This document shows positions 1-11,137 of a stretch of DNA of 64,000 nucleotides, one piece after another. Position 1 is the stretch's first letter. Each line of letters opens with the position of its first letter. The notes under the pieces were generated by a model. It had not been told where the DNA came from, did not search any database, and saw only the letters and a list, made by a program, of their open reading frames with translations. The DNA is from an uncultured delta proteobacterium. GTDB lineage: Bacteria; Myxococcota; B64-G9. The position numbers and the translations under genes are program-made. The DNA lies in assembly GCA_963754925.1 (NCBI GenBank), contig CAVWHX010000004.1, forward strand, positions 1,312,001 through 1,376,000. The letters are read 5' to 3'.

Positions 1-2
1 TC

Positions 3-1247
3 AGCCGTTTTTATATTACGCCCCGAACAACGGACGACTTGAAAAACCGGACCAAGATGATCGGACGGTCCATTGAGCTGCTGGGCGATCTGCCTTTCGG
101 GCGCGATATCGGCACCGACTGTCTCAATGCCGCTTTTGTGGTCGCCGGCAAAATGGGTAACCAGGAATATCAACAAAATGTTGCTCGTTTTCTCGAATAC
201 CTACGAAAAAACGATCTTTTTACGTGCGGTGCGATAACCTGCGTGAAGGGCGACCGCTCAAAAGAACCCGCCGAACAAAGACACCCCGACTACTATCTCC
301 ATGTCGTGGATAAGAACAAGGAGGGTATTTTTGTCAAAGGCGCCAAAGCGCACATAACCAACGCGCCCGTAGCGAACGAGATAGTCGTTGTTCCCACCCA
401 ACAGATGCGTGAAAACAGAGCAGACTACGCCGTCAGCTTCGCGATACCGGCCAACACCAAGGGGATAACCTTTATATGCCGCGGCGGAAGGAGCGCCTGG
501 ACGGACCATGAATTTCACCCGGACATCCCGGTTAGAACGGTGACGGAAGCAATGATCATCTTTGACCATGTCTTTGTTCCTTGGGATCGGGTTTTTATGT
601 GCGGTGAATGGCAGTATTCCATGCTGCTGGCCTATACCTTTGCGACGTTTCACCGGTTTACCGCGATCAGTTATAAGATACCCTTGGTAGAGGTTATGGC
701 GGGATGCGCCGTGGCAATGGCTAAGTACAACGGTTTGGAAAAGGTAAGTCATATTCGCGGGAAACTTGCCGATATCGCCGCCTATGTGGAAACGTTGCGG
801 GCATTGACCAACGCAGCAGCCCAGGACCCAGTCATGTACGGTGATATCGCGGTGCCGAATCCTCTTATCGCCAATATGGCCAAACTCCATTTCGCCAGCA
901 AATATCACTCGTTTATCGAGTTGATCCAAGATATCGGCGGCGGCATCATCGGCACGGCACCGGATAAAAAAGATTGGGATAACCCAGACTTACATAACTA
1001 CTTAGAACATTATCTCGGAGGCTCGGACAAATACAGCACCCTGGATCGCATGAAAATGATCCACGAAACCATGCGCCAAACGTGCTCACACGAGTCGGCC
1101 TTCCACGAGATAACCACCGTTCACGCCGAGGGCTCCATGGAAGCCCAAAAGATGATGATTTTGGCCGAGTCCCCCTTGAGCAGATACGAAGAGATGGCCA
1201 AACGCAAAGCCGGGATACTACCCTGGAGCGGAGGGGGCAGGATCTAA
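3..1247 (+). CDS. 4-hydroxyphenylacetate 3-hydroxylase / 4-hydroxybutyryl-CoA dehydratase family protein (5' end outside window)
   Basis: Frame is open from base 3; family motifs AITCVKGDRS, VKGAKAHIT, YAVSFAIPANTKG, IIFDHVFVPWDRVF, HAEGS. Confidence 0.85.
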   Translation, partial: SRFYITPRTTDDLKNRTKMIGRSIELLGDLPFGRDIGTDCLNAAFVVAGKMGNQEYQQNVARFLEYLRKNDLFTCGAITCVKGDRSKEPAEQRHPDYYLHVVDKNKEGIFVKGAKAHITNAPVANEIVVVPTQQMRENRADYAVSFAIPANTKGITFICRGGRSAWTDHEFHPDIPVRTVTEAMIIFDHVFVPWDRVFMCGEWQYSMLLAYTFATFHRFTAISYKIPLVEVMAGCAVAMAKYNGLEKVSHIRGKLADIAAYVETLRALTNAAAQDPVMYGDIAVPNPLIANMAKLHFASKYHSFIELIQDIGGGIIGTAPDKKDWDNPDLHNYLEHYLGGSDKYSTLDRMKMIHETMRQTCSHESAFHEITTVHAEGSMEAQKMMILAESPLSRYEEMAKRKAGILPWSGGGRI

Positions 1248-1441
1248 CCGGACGTACCTCTCCATCGAAACTGAAAATCAAACTCGCCTAAACTTCATCT
1301 CCCACCCCATAGGTGAATTCATCAAAGGTTTGGTTTGAGTTTTCAAGAAGTGCTTTTGCGGATTCTATCCGCGTGCGTTGGAGATACAGCAGTGGGGTGA
1401 TTTAGGTCGGCACCTGCAGGTTTCTTCAGACGCTCAATCGG

Positions 1442-2110
1442 CTAGTACAATCCAGCGCGCAGAGCTGCAATCAAGCCGGTCGGGTCTGAAATATACATTG
1501 AATGAACCGCGTCGTCAGCAACAATGGGGCGATAGAGCGTCAGCCCGGTGCTGGGAAGCCCCGTCAAATAGGTGTAAAGATCGTCCTGGTCAACCGCCGG
1601 AGCAAGAACGTCCTCGCTGAACGAGAGGACCATCAGGAGCGTGCCATTTTTCAAGGCGAAGGCATTTTGCCGGACCGCCGGTCGGCAGAGCCCAGTGCTC
1701 GTCAGACTGTCTGGCGAGCCTTTGCAGTAAGTGCCCGTCATTTCAAGAATGGCGGTGAGCGGCTCAATACCGATCCAATCGTTGGCGACGCAGGTTTGCG
1801 CGCTCGGGGCGTTGGGGACGAGAGTGCCAGTTGCGAGTGAGGTGAAACCACCGATGGCATTGCAGCCGGCAGCGGGAATGTCGAGAATCATACCGAGCAC
1901 CGGGTCAGCGACAATGTACGGCGTCATGTCCCCCGACGGATACCGCGTCCAGACCGTTCCTCGGCACGGCACGGAAGCGATCAAAATCGCGGTGTACACA
2001 CTGTGCGCCGCTAGGCTCGAACCGTGCGCCAGCAGTAATTCCTGAGCAGTTTGTATGGCAAGGCCGCCCATGCTGTGACCCATAATCACCTGGGGGCCGA
2101 GGCCGCCTCG
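1442..2110 (-). pseudogene. alpha/beta hydrolase, C-terminal fragment
   Basis: GHSMGG nucleophile elbow lies at the very start of the ORF, late D (SEDVL) and H (AVHS) present; GC-rich coding-like sequence ends abruptly near 2110 against AT-rich DNA, so the N-terminal part is missing. Confidence 0.65.
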
Positions 2111-2441
2111 TATACCTGAAAAATTATGGACAACTACATTATAGATGAATTTTTTACATCATACGGGATCGCTCGTCAAGCATTTTCAAACAATAATGTG
2201 ATAACCGATTTCAACCGATGCGCCGCGTCGGCCACAGCCACTACGACGAAAACGGGATCGTGACCATACTCGAAAACATATGTGGTTAATTATTTGATAA
2301 TATAGTGGATGTTTGTGTAAAGGCCATATACCTATTCGTCAAAAAGGAAACGGACGGCAACCGAGTAGGATATGTTTCTAACCACATAACAAACTCTTAC
2401 AAATATTGTGCTAAGGGACACTCCGTGATAGTATAGACAAT

Positions 2442-3986
2442 GTGGCGGATACGAGTGGCAGAATCAACGTGCCTCGGGTACTGCTGATAAGTGCTAATCC
2501 AAAGGTGCAAGCCCACCTTCTTGATTGTCTTAAGGGCTCGCCTTACCGTCTGACGACCCTCCAAAAATGGCAGGACGGCCTCGAAGTAGCCCACGTAGGT
2601 CATTACCGCGTGATTGTACTCGACCTTTCAGCGGACGGCACCGAGGCGTTGGATCTTTACCTGAAACTGCGCGCAGATGTGGTCACCGCACATCTCCTGA
2701 TAGTTGGGTTGGGGAGGGAAGGAGACAAGGAGCAGGAGCTCTCGGCGTTGAATGCCGGGTTTGATAACTTTCTTGCCTGGTCCGCGGCCGCAGATAAGAT
2801 TCTGGCTAGTTTTGATACTCGCCTGCGGGATCAGGGGGCGAGAAGCACTCTGCCGCAGGTAGACGAGCGGCGAGAGGAAGGACAACCGGTCGGCGCGAGC
2901 GAGCCATTACCGAACACTGGGGTACAGAAGCGTCTTGAGGCGTTACGCCCGTACCAGGCTTTTTTTGAAAGCGCTCCCGACGGATTTATTATTGCCGATC
3001 GACGCGGTGAAGTGTTGTTTGTCAACCTGAGTGGCGCGCGCATGTTTGGACTGCGGCCGGAGGAGTTAATCTACCACAAGTTGCCGGACGTGGTCGATGC
3101 GGAAGCGGCGAAAACCTTGCGGCAGGCTCTCACTGAGGCCGGTCGAGAGGGAGCGCGCACGGACTTCGATTTGCGGTTGCTGCGTCCAGACGGGAATGAG
3201 GCGGTGCTCTCGATCCACACCGGTGTTCCGCCGATCGATCGAGAGCTCGTGCTTTTCTCATCGCGCGAGGTCACCGAAGAACGCCGCATCGCACATGAGC
3301 ACCGGCGCACGAAGCAGTTCTTTGAGAGCCTTATTGACTCGTCGGCCGATGCGATTATTTCGGCTGATTTACGTGGTACGATTATATTGTTTAATAAAGG
3401 GGCGGAGCGTATTCTCGGGTATCAAGCGAGCGAAGTGGTTGGCAAAATGCACATTGCGCGTATCTATCCTCCTAATGGTGCGCATGAGGTTATGGACCTG
3501 CTGCGTCAACACCGCGATAACGGCGTTGGCCGAGTCACGGCGTCGCGGCGGGAGGTGTTGACGAAAAGCGGGGAGGTGGTGCCGATATTAATGACCGCCT
3601 GGTGTGTGCTTGAGGACGGTAAAGAGGTGGCCACTGCCGGGATCTTTACCGATTTGCGTGAGCGCCTGCGCATGGAGCGAAAGCTTAGTCAGGCCCAAGA
3701 AAAGTTGGTGGTCACCGAGAAACAGGCGATGATAGCCGAGTTAGCTGGTGCCACTGCCCATGAGCTCAACCAACCGCTTACGTCGGTGCTTGGTTATGCA
3801 GAGCTGGCTAAACGTAAGTTGAGTAATTTTCCGGAGGTGCAGCACATTCTTGATGTAATTCTCTCTGAGACGGAACGCATAGCGGCGATCGTGCGTAAGC
3901 TCGGTGGGCTTACGCGTTACGAGACTAAATCGTATGTCGGGGAACAACGAATCGTGGATCTCGATCGTTCGTCCGATCCAAAATGA
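2442..3986 (+). CDS. receiver-like/PAS/PAS/HisKA sensor protein without HATPase domain
   Basis: N-terminal REC-like fold, two PAS starts (FFESAPDGF, LIDSSADAI), H-box AHELNQPL, protein ends about 70 aa later. Confidence 0.8.
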   Translation: MADTSGRINVPRVLLISANPKVQAHLLDCLKGSPYRLTTLQKWQDGLEVAHVGHYRVIVLDLSADGTEALDLYLKLRADVVTAHLLIVGLGREGDKEQELSALNAGFDNFLAWSAAADKILASFDTRLRDQGARSTLPQVDERREEGQPVGASEPLPNTGVQKRLEALRPYQAFFESAPDGFIIADRRGEVLFVNLSGARMFGLRPEELIYHKLPDVVDAEAAKTLRQALTEAGREGARTDFDLRLLRPDGNEAVLSIHTGVPPIDRELVLFSSREVTEERRIAHEHRRTKQFFESLIDSSADAIISADLRGTIILFNKGAERILGYQASEVVGKMHIARIYPPNGAHEVMDLLRQHRDNGVGRVTASRREVLTKSGEVVPILMTAWCVLEDGKEVATAGIFTDLRERLRMERKLSQAQEKLVVTEKQAMIAELAGATAHELNQPLTSVLGYAELAKRKLSNFPEVQHILDVILSETERIAAIVRKLGGLTRYETKSYVGEQRIVDLDRSSDPK

Positions 3987-4074
3987 TGGCACATGCAGCA
4001 CCATTAATGCGATACGTCATAGAACGCCAGGGGACAGCTGGTGGCGTAGGATCACCGGCAGCGCTGGATGGTGA

Positions 4075-5759
4075 GTGGTGATGGCGAAGGAACGCGAACC
4101 AATAGCGGAAGAAAACCAGCAGCTACGCGATGTCCTGTCGCAGCTCAAGCAGGCTCGGCTCGTACAACAAGTGTTTGTCGGATTGGGCAAGGAACTGAGT
4201 CTGGGCACGACGCAGGAGTATCTCAAGCTGGTGGTTGGCACCCTGCAGGCGCTGTTTGGCGAAGCATACTTTCTGGTTCAACTGGCTGATCCCAAGACCT
4301 TAGTGCCAAACGCAGTGGAATACCGCGGCCCCTTGAAGCCGGGTGCGGCCGAGAAATTGCACCTTACCGTTGCGGCCATCCGCAAGACGGGTTTGGATCC
4401 GAGTCTCGAACAATCGCCGGCGCTGTCGGTAAGTGATCGTGCGCCAGCGCTTTTTTCAGGATCCCGCAATGCGCTGCATGTCCCGTTAGTCTCAGATAAT
4501 CAGCTCTTCGGGGCCATCCAAATCGAGAGCACTTCAGCCGTTCCGTTGGGTGATGACGACGAGGTGTTGCTCATTTCCTTGGCAAACCAAGCCGCTTTGG
4601 CCTTGCGCAACCAGCGCCTCTTCGGGGAGACCTCTTTCTTAAAGAATTATCTCGAGAAGATCCTTAACCATGCCAATGCGTTGATCGTGGTAACCAACCT
4701 CAACCGCCAAATACTCATTTTCAATCAGGCGATGGAGCGCCTGCTCGGGTTCCAGAAACAGCAGACCATTGGCACCGATTTATTCCTGTGGGTGCCCAAG
4801 GAGTCGCACCCAGCATTTGTCGAAGAAATCTCAAACGCCATCACCGGCAACCCATCGCCACGCGGGGTTGAGGCGCGCATGCGCAATCGCGACGGGGAAC
4901 AGGTTCAGATTCTCTTTCACCTTTCGGCCCTGCGGGATCAGCGGGATGAGTCTGACAGCCTGATATTAATTGGCCAGGACATAACCCAGTTACGGACCTT
5001 AGAGCGACAGGTTATGGAGTCCGAAAAGATGGCGTCGCTGGGCGAACTGGCGGCCGGCGTCGTCCATGAGTTGAACAATCCGCTCACGTCGATCTCTATC
5101 TATGCCGAATACCTCGCCGGGAAAATGAAATCAGGAAGGGTTGAGCCCTCAGATATAGACAAGGTTGATAAGATCATCGAGGGCGCCAACCGTATCCAAA
5201 AGCTAACCCGCGACCTTGTTTCATATGGCCGGCCCTCGTCCGAGGAGCCGGAGTCGCTGCAAATCAATGATGTGGTGGCCCAGGGGCTATCCTTTTGTGA
5301 GCACATCATCCGTCGCTACGACGTGGTTGTACACCAAGACCTGTCAGTCGATCTACCACTGTTGTTTGGCAACCGCCATCAATTGGTGCAAGTGGTTATT
5401 AACTGGTGACCAATGCGTGCCAGGCGATGGAGGGCGGCGGCCAGCTTACCATTACCACCCGCCCGTGTGAGCAGGAACGACTGCTCTTGTCGGTTGCGGA
5501 CACCGGCATCGGCATCCCGACGCGAAACCTCACGCGTATTTTTGAACCGTTCTTTACCACCAAGGGGGCTGGTCAGGGCACGGGGTTGGGGTTGAGCATC
5601 GTGGCGCGCATCGTCGAGTACCACCGCGGTGAGATCCAGGTTTACAGCTCTCCGGGGGCGGGCAGTACCATTGATATCCGCCTGCCGCTTAAAGGACCTC
5701 GGTCAGGCGAGCGGTTGACTCGAATTGAGCTTGCTCCCAATCATACCAGAGAAGTATAG
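4075..5759 (+). CDS. GAF-PAS sensor histidine kinase (frameshift near 5404)
   Basis: H-box HELNNPL in ORF 4075..5409; N box continues into ORF 5406..5759 with DTGIG, FEPFFTTK, GTGLGL; restoring one base gives QVVINLVTNA. Confidence 0.85.
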
Positions 5760-5937
5760 TACCAAGTCAGCTCAACCCGAAAAATGCAGTCGCATTTTTC
5801 GAAGCGCCGTAACCATGCCGTTACGGGAGAGCTCTGGGTAGTGGTCGAACGACACGCGGTAGCCAAGCCGCATAGGACAAGAGCTTGTACGCCTCGCATC
5901 GCTCGGCTACAAGCTCTAGCCGCATAGCAGAAAGCGG

Positions 5938-8693
5938 ATGCGCATCGGCAAAGACAGTTTACGCAACCTAGGGCACTCGGTCGGTGAGCGGTATCGCCAT
6001 ACCCTCCTCGGGCGATTCTTGTTGGCGTTCCTCGTGCTGGCCATTGTGCCGCTTGGGTTGGTCGGGGCGCTGGTCGCCGAACAACTGCAACTCGTGTACG
6101 ATCAAGCGGAGCGTACCAGTTCAGTCTATGAGCGCCGCGCGGCAATTATTGCTTCCAAGGTAAGCAACCTCCTCTATGATTGCGAGGCTGACTTAAAGGA
6201 GCTGGCCGAGATACCCCGTACCGATCAGGCCTATGCGGCCTTTGCCAACAGCCACAAGAGCCAGGTATGGATTCGCGCCGGCACGAACGATGCTATCGGC
6301 GAGGAGCGACTCGACGCACTCTTGTATAAAGAGGTGAGCTTCATCGACCCCACCGGTCAGGAACAGGTCGTCGTATCGCTCGGACGGGCTCTACCGGCCG
6401 AACAACGCCGGAATGTTTCCCGATCCGCGTCGGACCACCTATCGCTCCGAAACTTATTTTCAAGAGGCGAACGCGTTGCCCGCCGGTCAGATCTACGTCT
6501 CGCACCTGACCGGATTTCATGTCAATCGCATCGAACAGCTCGGCGTTGAGAAAATTATCCCGCGCTTGAGGCATCAAGACCCGCGCGACAAGCTTATCTA
6601 TCGATATATGTTGTACGAACTGCTGCGGGCGGCGGGAGAGGTTGAATATGTCAACTCATTCTCGGAAGAAGACCACACCATGCTCGTATATCGTGTGCCC
6701 GGTGATGCATCACGCATCCTGGTTGAGTCTCCGGGATCGGTGACGCCCGAGGAGCTGCGCATTCGGCAGTTGGAGCTTGCCGATCTGCTGAACCAACTCG
6801 CCCCTGAGGACGTGGTCGAGGGAGCGCGCTACGATGGCGTGATTCGCTTTGCTATGCCGATTATTGGTGTCGATGGCAGCAGGCTCGGCGTGGTGATGAT
6901 TGCCCTCGACCATATGCACCTGATGCAGATTTCCCAGCACGTCAAAGCCATGGAAGAGAATGCAACGGTATTTGCAGGCTACCGTGACGCAGACTACACC
7001 TACCTGTTTGACGATGAGGGCTGGGTTATCACCCACCCGCAGCTTTGGAAGATCCGCGGGGTTAGCCGACGCGGGAAGCCGCTTCAAGAATATAACGAGA
7101 AAACCACTAAAAGCGAATACGAGGTCGGTCACACGCCGGTCAACCTGCTGCAACTAGACTGGAAGCTTGGCGCTGGCTACCACTCGGTCGTCATTGAAAC
7201 CCGCGCGGGAAAGACCGGGCTCGCCACCAGCAATAACCTCGCCGGCGTGCTCAGCACTCGGGTGTATAGCCCGATCTTTTATAGCACCGGCGCCTATGCA
7301 AAGTACGGCATCTTTGGCGGCGTGATGATGGGCACGCGGGTGGATAAATTCATCGAGCTCATGCGTTCCACGAGCGAACAGATCGGAGAACGGGCCGGGC
7401 AGGTGCGCACCTGGGTTATTATCTCATTCTTATGCATATTGTTGATTGTTTCATTGTTATCCGTCCTCTTGGCGCGCCGATTGGTCAATCCGATCCGTAG
7501 GCTGAGCGCAATCGCCACAAAAATTGGATCCGGCGAACTCGATACCCCCGTTCCGTCATTGGGAAGAGATGAGGTCGGTGAGTTGGCTCACTCATTTGAG
7601 GAGATGACCTTAAGTCTCAAGGCCACCATTCAGGAACTCAAACAACGCAATCTTGAACTGAAAGAAGCTCAAAATATGCTTTTGATGGCCGAGAAAGAAA
7701 AACGCCATAAGCTGCAACAAGAGTTAGCCGAGCTCCAGCAAGAAATTGCTCGATCATCGTTCGCGAATATGGTGTCGGTCAGCCCGCAGATGGATAAGAT
7801 TCGTGAGGAGATCGTGCGCGTCTCCAAATCATCGGCCACCGTGCTCATCATAGGGGAGAACGGCACCGGCAAAGAGTTGGTGGCCGAGGCCATTCACCGC
7901 AACAGCCCGCGCCGCGACAAAAAGTTCGTGCGCATCAACTGCTCGGCGTTCAACGACAACTTGCTTGAAAGCGAGCTCTTTGGCCACGTAAAAGGTTCGT
8001 TCACCGGCGCGAGCGGCAATCGCCAGGGTTTGTTTGAATCAGCCAATGGCGGAACGTTGTTGCTTGACGAAGTTGGCGATATGAGCCTTGAGATGCAAAA
8101 GCGCCTCCTGCGCACGCTCCAAGAAGGCGAGGTGGTGCCCCTAGGAAGCAACCAGGTTATCACGGTGGACGTGCGTATTCTGGCGGCGACGAACAAAGAT
8201 CTGCCCAAACAAATTCGCGAGGGGCAGTTTCCGGGAAGATTTATTCCATCGTCTCAACGTGATCCAGATTCGCGTGCCTCCGCTTAGAGAGCGGCCTGAA
8301 GATATCCTGCCGCTCGCAAACTACTTCTTGCAGAAATTTTGTGAGGAGGACAAGCAACCTTTGATGTCCCTGGATGCCCAAGCTGAGCAGTTCCTCGTGG
8401 ACTATCGCTGGCCGGGGAATGTTCGCGAGCTTCGAAATGCCATCGAGCGGGCGGTTATTCGTAGCCGCGGCGAGGTGTTGCGATTGGACGATTTCCAATT
8501 AGCTATAGACGAGAATACGGTCCCCAGCGAAGTGAGCGGAGTCGAGACCTTAACTCTCGAACAAATTGAAAAGAATTACATTCTAAGTGTCCTGGAAAAA
8601 AATGGCGGCAACAAAAAACTCACCGCAGAGCAGTTGGGAATCGGCTATAACACCTTATGGAGAAAACTAAAACATTATGGCAAAGACCTCTGA
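5938..8693 (+). CDS. membrane-anchored sigma54-dependent activator (TM, Cache-like sensor, TM, HAMP, AAA+, Fis HTH); frameshifts near 6420 and 8231
   Basis: Three overlapping ORFs join; GENGTGKE Walker A, ESELFGH, GSFTGA, LLLDEVG, repaired GQFREDLFHRLNV, WPGNVREL, C-terminal HTH. Confidence 0.85.
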
Positions 8694-8822
8694 CCGGTAA
8701 TAATCTTCCTATTGAGAAATCTGATTTCAGTTTTTATCATAATGGAATTAAGGACTATTCCATTTTGGGTAGGGCATTGAAATAGCCACCGAAAATACAA
8801 AGACATTTTTCATCGAGCGGCA

Positions 8823-8838
8823 TGGTATGCATCTTGCT
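8823..8838 (+). promoter_or_regulatory. sigma54 -24/-12 promoter
   Basis: TGGTATGCATCTTGCT matches TGGCACG-N4-TTGCW with correct GG-N10-GC spacing, about 40 bp upstream of RBS and CDS at 8881. Confidence 0.75.
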
Positions 8839-8880
8839 GTTACGAAGCAATAGGATGGTGATGGGAACCATAAGGAGGTT

Positions 8881-10359
8881 GTGGTCGTGAAGACCTTAGA
8901 ACTGATTATGAGCGTTTTAGTCGCCGGGTTGCTGTGGTACCAACCGTCGGTTTTTGCCCAGCAAAATATGAGCGATTCTCCGGCGGGTGAAGATTCCTTT
9001 GATCAAGATGCCCAACGTGATTCAGGTGTTAATCAGGGTGTTGACCAGCCTTCAGAAGAGGGTAGCGAATATTTGAGCCGTGAAGACGAGGAAGGCAAGA
9101 TTGATCAACCTCCGCCGCCGCCAGTCGAAAATTCTTCACAAGTCGATCGTCCGTACGATAGTCAGCCGCCTGCGGAGCAGCCCGCCGGAAACGATACGTT
9201 TGAGTACTTTCGTGACAAGCTCGCTCCCTACGGCGAATGGACCTGGACCACTGAATTTGGCTGGGTTTGGCACCCGCGCGAGGTTGCGCCTGATTGGCGA
9301 CCCTACACATACGGCCGCTGGGTCTACACCGAATACGGCTGGACGTGGAGTTCGTATTATCCGTGGGGCTGGGCGCCGTTCCACTATGGCCGGTGGGCCT
9401 TCGTAGGTAGCAACTGGGTTTGGGTGCCCGGCATGCGCTGGGCGCCGGCGTGGGTGATGTGGCGCTACTCTGACGGCTATATCGGTTGGTCGCCGTTGTT
9501 GGCCGGATTTGACCTTTGGTATGGGTGGTCGTACTACCCGGTGCGGTATAACTATTGGACATTCGTCGGCTGGAATCACTTTAATGAGCCGCACCCCTAT
9601 CATTACTTTGTTCCCCGGAATCAGTTGCGTGAGGTATTTCGACATACCTACTACCCGAACAACTGTCGTAACGGGGGCGGTCCACTCTGCCAGCGCGGGC
9701 CAGCCCGGGCGTATGTCAACCGGCATGTTTCAACGCCAGTCGTGATGACCCGCGTGAACAACCTCTATACGCGAGGCCACGGAGGCCCGGCAGTTTCAGG
9801 CCTTGGGCTACAGGGTAATAGGCTCAATATCTACCGGCCTCGGTTTGGCACCGGCACCGCGGAGTTCCGCCGTGAACCGCATAGCGATCTGCAGAGGGTT
9901 ACTCCTCAGAACGTACGGTCAGGACAGATGAGAAATTCATACCTGCGGGGCGTAAACGAATCTGGCCGAGATGCAGAGCGAGCGCGTCCCATCGATCGCA
10001 CAAGCATCAATCGCCCCACTGCGCACCCGTACGGATACGATATCGAGAGACGCCCACAGCCCGGCAAAGATATTTATTCACGGCCGCCGAGCAACCGATC
10101 ACCAAGCATGTTGCAACCAGAACCAAGTCCGCGCATAGAGATGCATTCCTTCTCTCCTCCCCCTAACACGCCGGCGGTGGAACGGCGCTCCCCGATGTAC
10201 CGTGATGGATCGAAACCGCCGTCCCAAGGCATCCGTTCTGCCCCAAACATTCGTCCCGCACCAAGCGTTCGCCCTGCTCCGAGTGTGCACTCGATGCCCT
10301 CTAATCGAGGAACGAGTGGAGGCAGAGAGCATTCAAAATCTTCTCGCTCCCACAATTGA
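8881..10359 (+). CDS. exported DUF6600-like protein with Trp/Gly/Tyr-rich repeats and Pro/Arg/Ser-rich tail
   Basis: AAGGAGG RBS, signal peptide (SVFA|QQ), LAPYGEW..GWVWHP..WRPYTYGRW..PWGWAPFHYGRW..WVWVPG..WAPAWV pattern. Confidence 0.75.
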   Translation: MVVKTLELIMSVLVAGLLWYQPSVFAQQNMSDSPAGEDSFDQDAQRDSGVNQGVDQPSEEGSEYLSREDEEGKIDQPPPPPVENSSQVDRPYDSQPPAEQPAGNDTFEYFRDKLAPYGEWTWTTEFGWVWHPREVAPDWRPYTYGRWVYTEYGWTWSSYYPWGWAPFHYGRWAFVGSNWVWVPGMRWAPAWVMWRYSDGYIGWSPLLAGFDLWYGWSYYPVRYNYWTFVGWNHFNEPHPYHYFVPRNQLREVFRHTYYPNNCRNGGGPLCQRGPARAYVNRHVSTPVVMTRVNNLYTRGHGGPAVSGLGLQGNRLNIYRPRFGTGTAEFRREPHSDLQRVTPQNVRSGQMRNSYLRGVNESGRDAERARPIDRTSINRPTAHPYGYDIERRPQPGKDIYSRPPSNRSPSMLQPEPSPRIEMHSFSPPPNTPAVERRSPMYRDGSKPPSQGIRSAPNIRPAPSVRPAPSVHSMPSNRGTSGGREHSKSSRSHN

Positions 10360-10531
10360 AATAGTTTTTCTTGTTATTATTAATATTCAATTTTATTATC
10401 AATAGGTTGAAGTATACTACATTTACTTGTTGACTCGCGCGTCAGCTTTTAATATTATCCTGATCGAAAGAATAAGAAGACACAAGATGTCCATTTGTAG
10501 TAATGTTCTTTTTAGCTGGTGTGACTCTTTT

Positions 10532-10600
10532 TCTTATCCCTTTCGGGGATAAGAGGCTGTAAGCCTCGCTCGCTTGAGCTCGCTCGCTAACAGCCTCTAA
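10532..10600 (-). repeat. intergenic hairpin repeat, copy 1
   Basis: Reverse complement TTAGAGGCTGTTAGCGAGCGAG...TTACAGCCTCTTATCCCC matches copies at 11046 and 20429. Confidence 0.8.
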
Positions 10601-10614
10601 AGGAGTGCGGTCCT

Positions 10615-11043
10615 ATGAGTTTCGAACCAAAAATCGTGGGTTTTTTGTGTAACTGGTGCTCGTATACGGGCGCTGATTTGGCGGGCACCTCGCGTATGAA
10701 GTACTTGCCCAATGTGCGGGTCGTTCGGATCATGTGCAGCGGACGCTTAGATCCGACATTCGTACTCAAGGCATTTCGCGAGGGCGCCGACGCGGTATTG
10801 ATTGCCGGCTGCCATCCCGGCGACTGCCATTACCAAAACGGCAACATGAAGACCCTGCGGCGAATCCCCTTGTTGAAGCGGATGCTTTTGCAGCTCGGCA
10901 TCGAGAGCGAGCGATTGAGGTTGGAGTGGGTCTCGGCGTCAGAAGGTGAACGCTACAAGACCGTCATTAACGAATTCGTTGAGCAAGTACGCAAGCTGGG
11001 GCCGCTGAACCTTGAAGCTCGCAACGTGCGGGCCGCCTCGTAA
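10615..11043 (+). CDS. mvhD: hydrogenase iron-sulfur subunit MvhD
   Basis: FLCNWCSYTGADLAG, MCSGR, GCHPGDCHY, WVSASEG. Confidence 0.93.
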   Translation: MSFEPKIVGFLCNWCSYTGADLAGTSRMKYLPNVRVVRIMCSGRLDPTFVLKAFREGADAVLIAGCHPGDCHYQNGNMKTLRRIPLLKRMLLQLGIESERLRLEWVSASEGERYKTVINEFVEQVRKLGPLNLEARNVRAAS

Positions 11044-11045
11044 AG

Positions 11046-11105
11046 TTAGAGACTGTTAGCGAGCGAAGCGAGCGTTACAGTCTCTTATCCCCGTCAGGGG
11101 ATTAG
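11046..11105 (+). repeat. intergenic hairpin repeat, copy 2
   Basis: TTAGAGACTGTTAGCGAGCGAAGCGAGCGTTACAGTCTCT is identical over 40 bp to 20429..20468. Confidence 0.85.
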
Positions 11106-11137
11106 AATTAGTTCTGGAGTGAAGGGAGCTCAATCCA

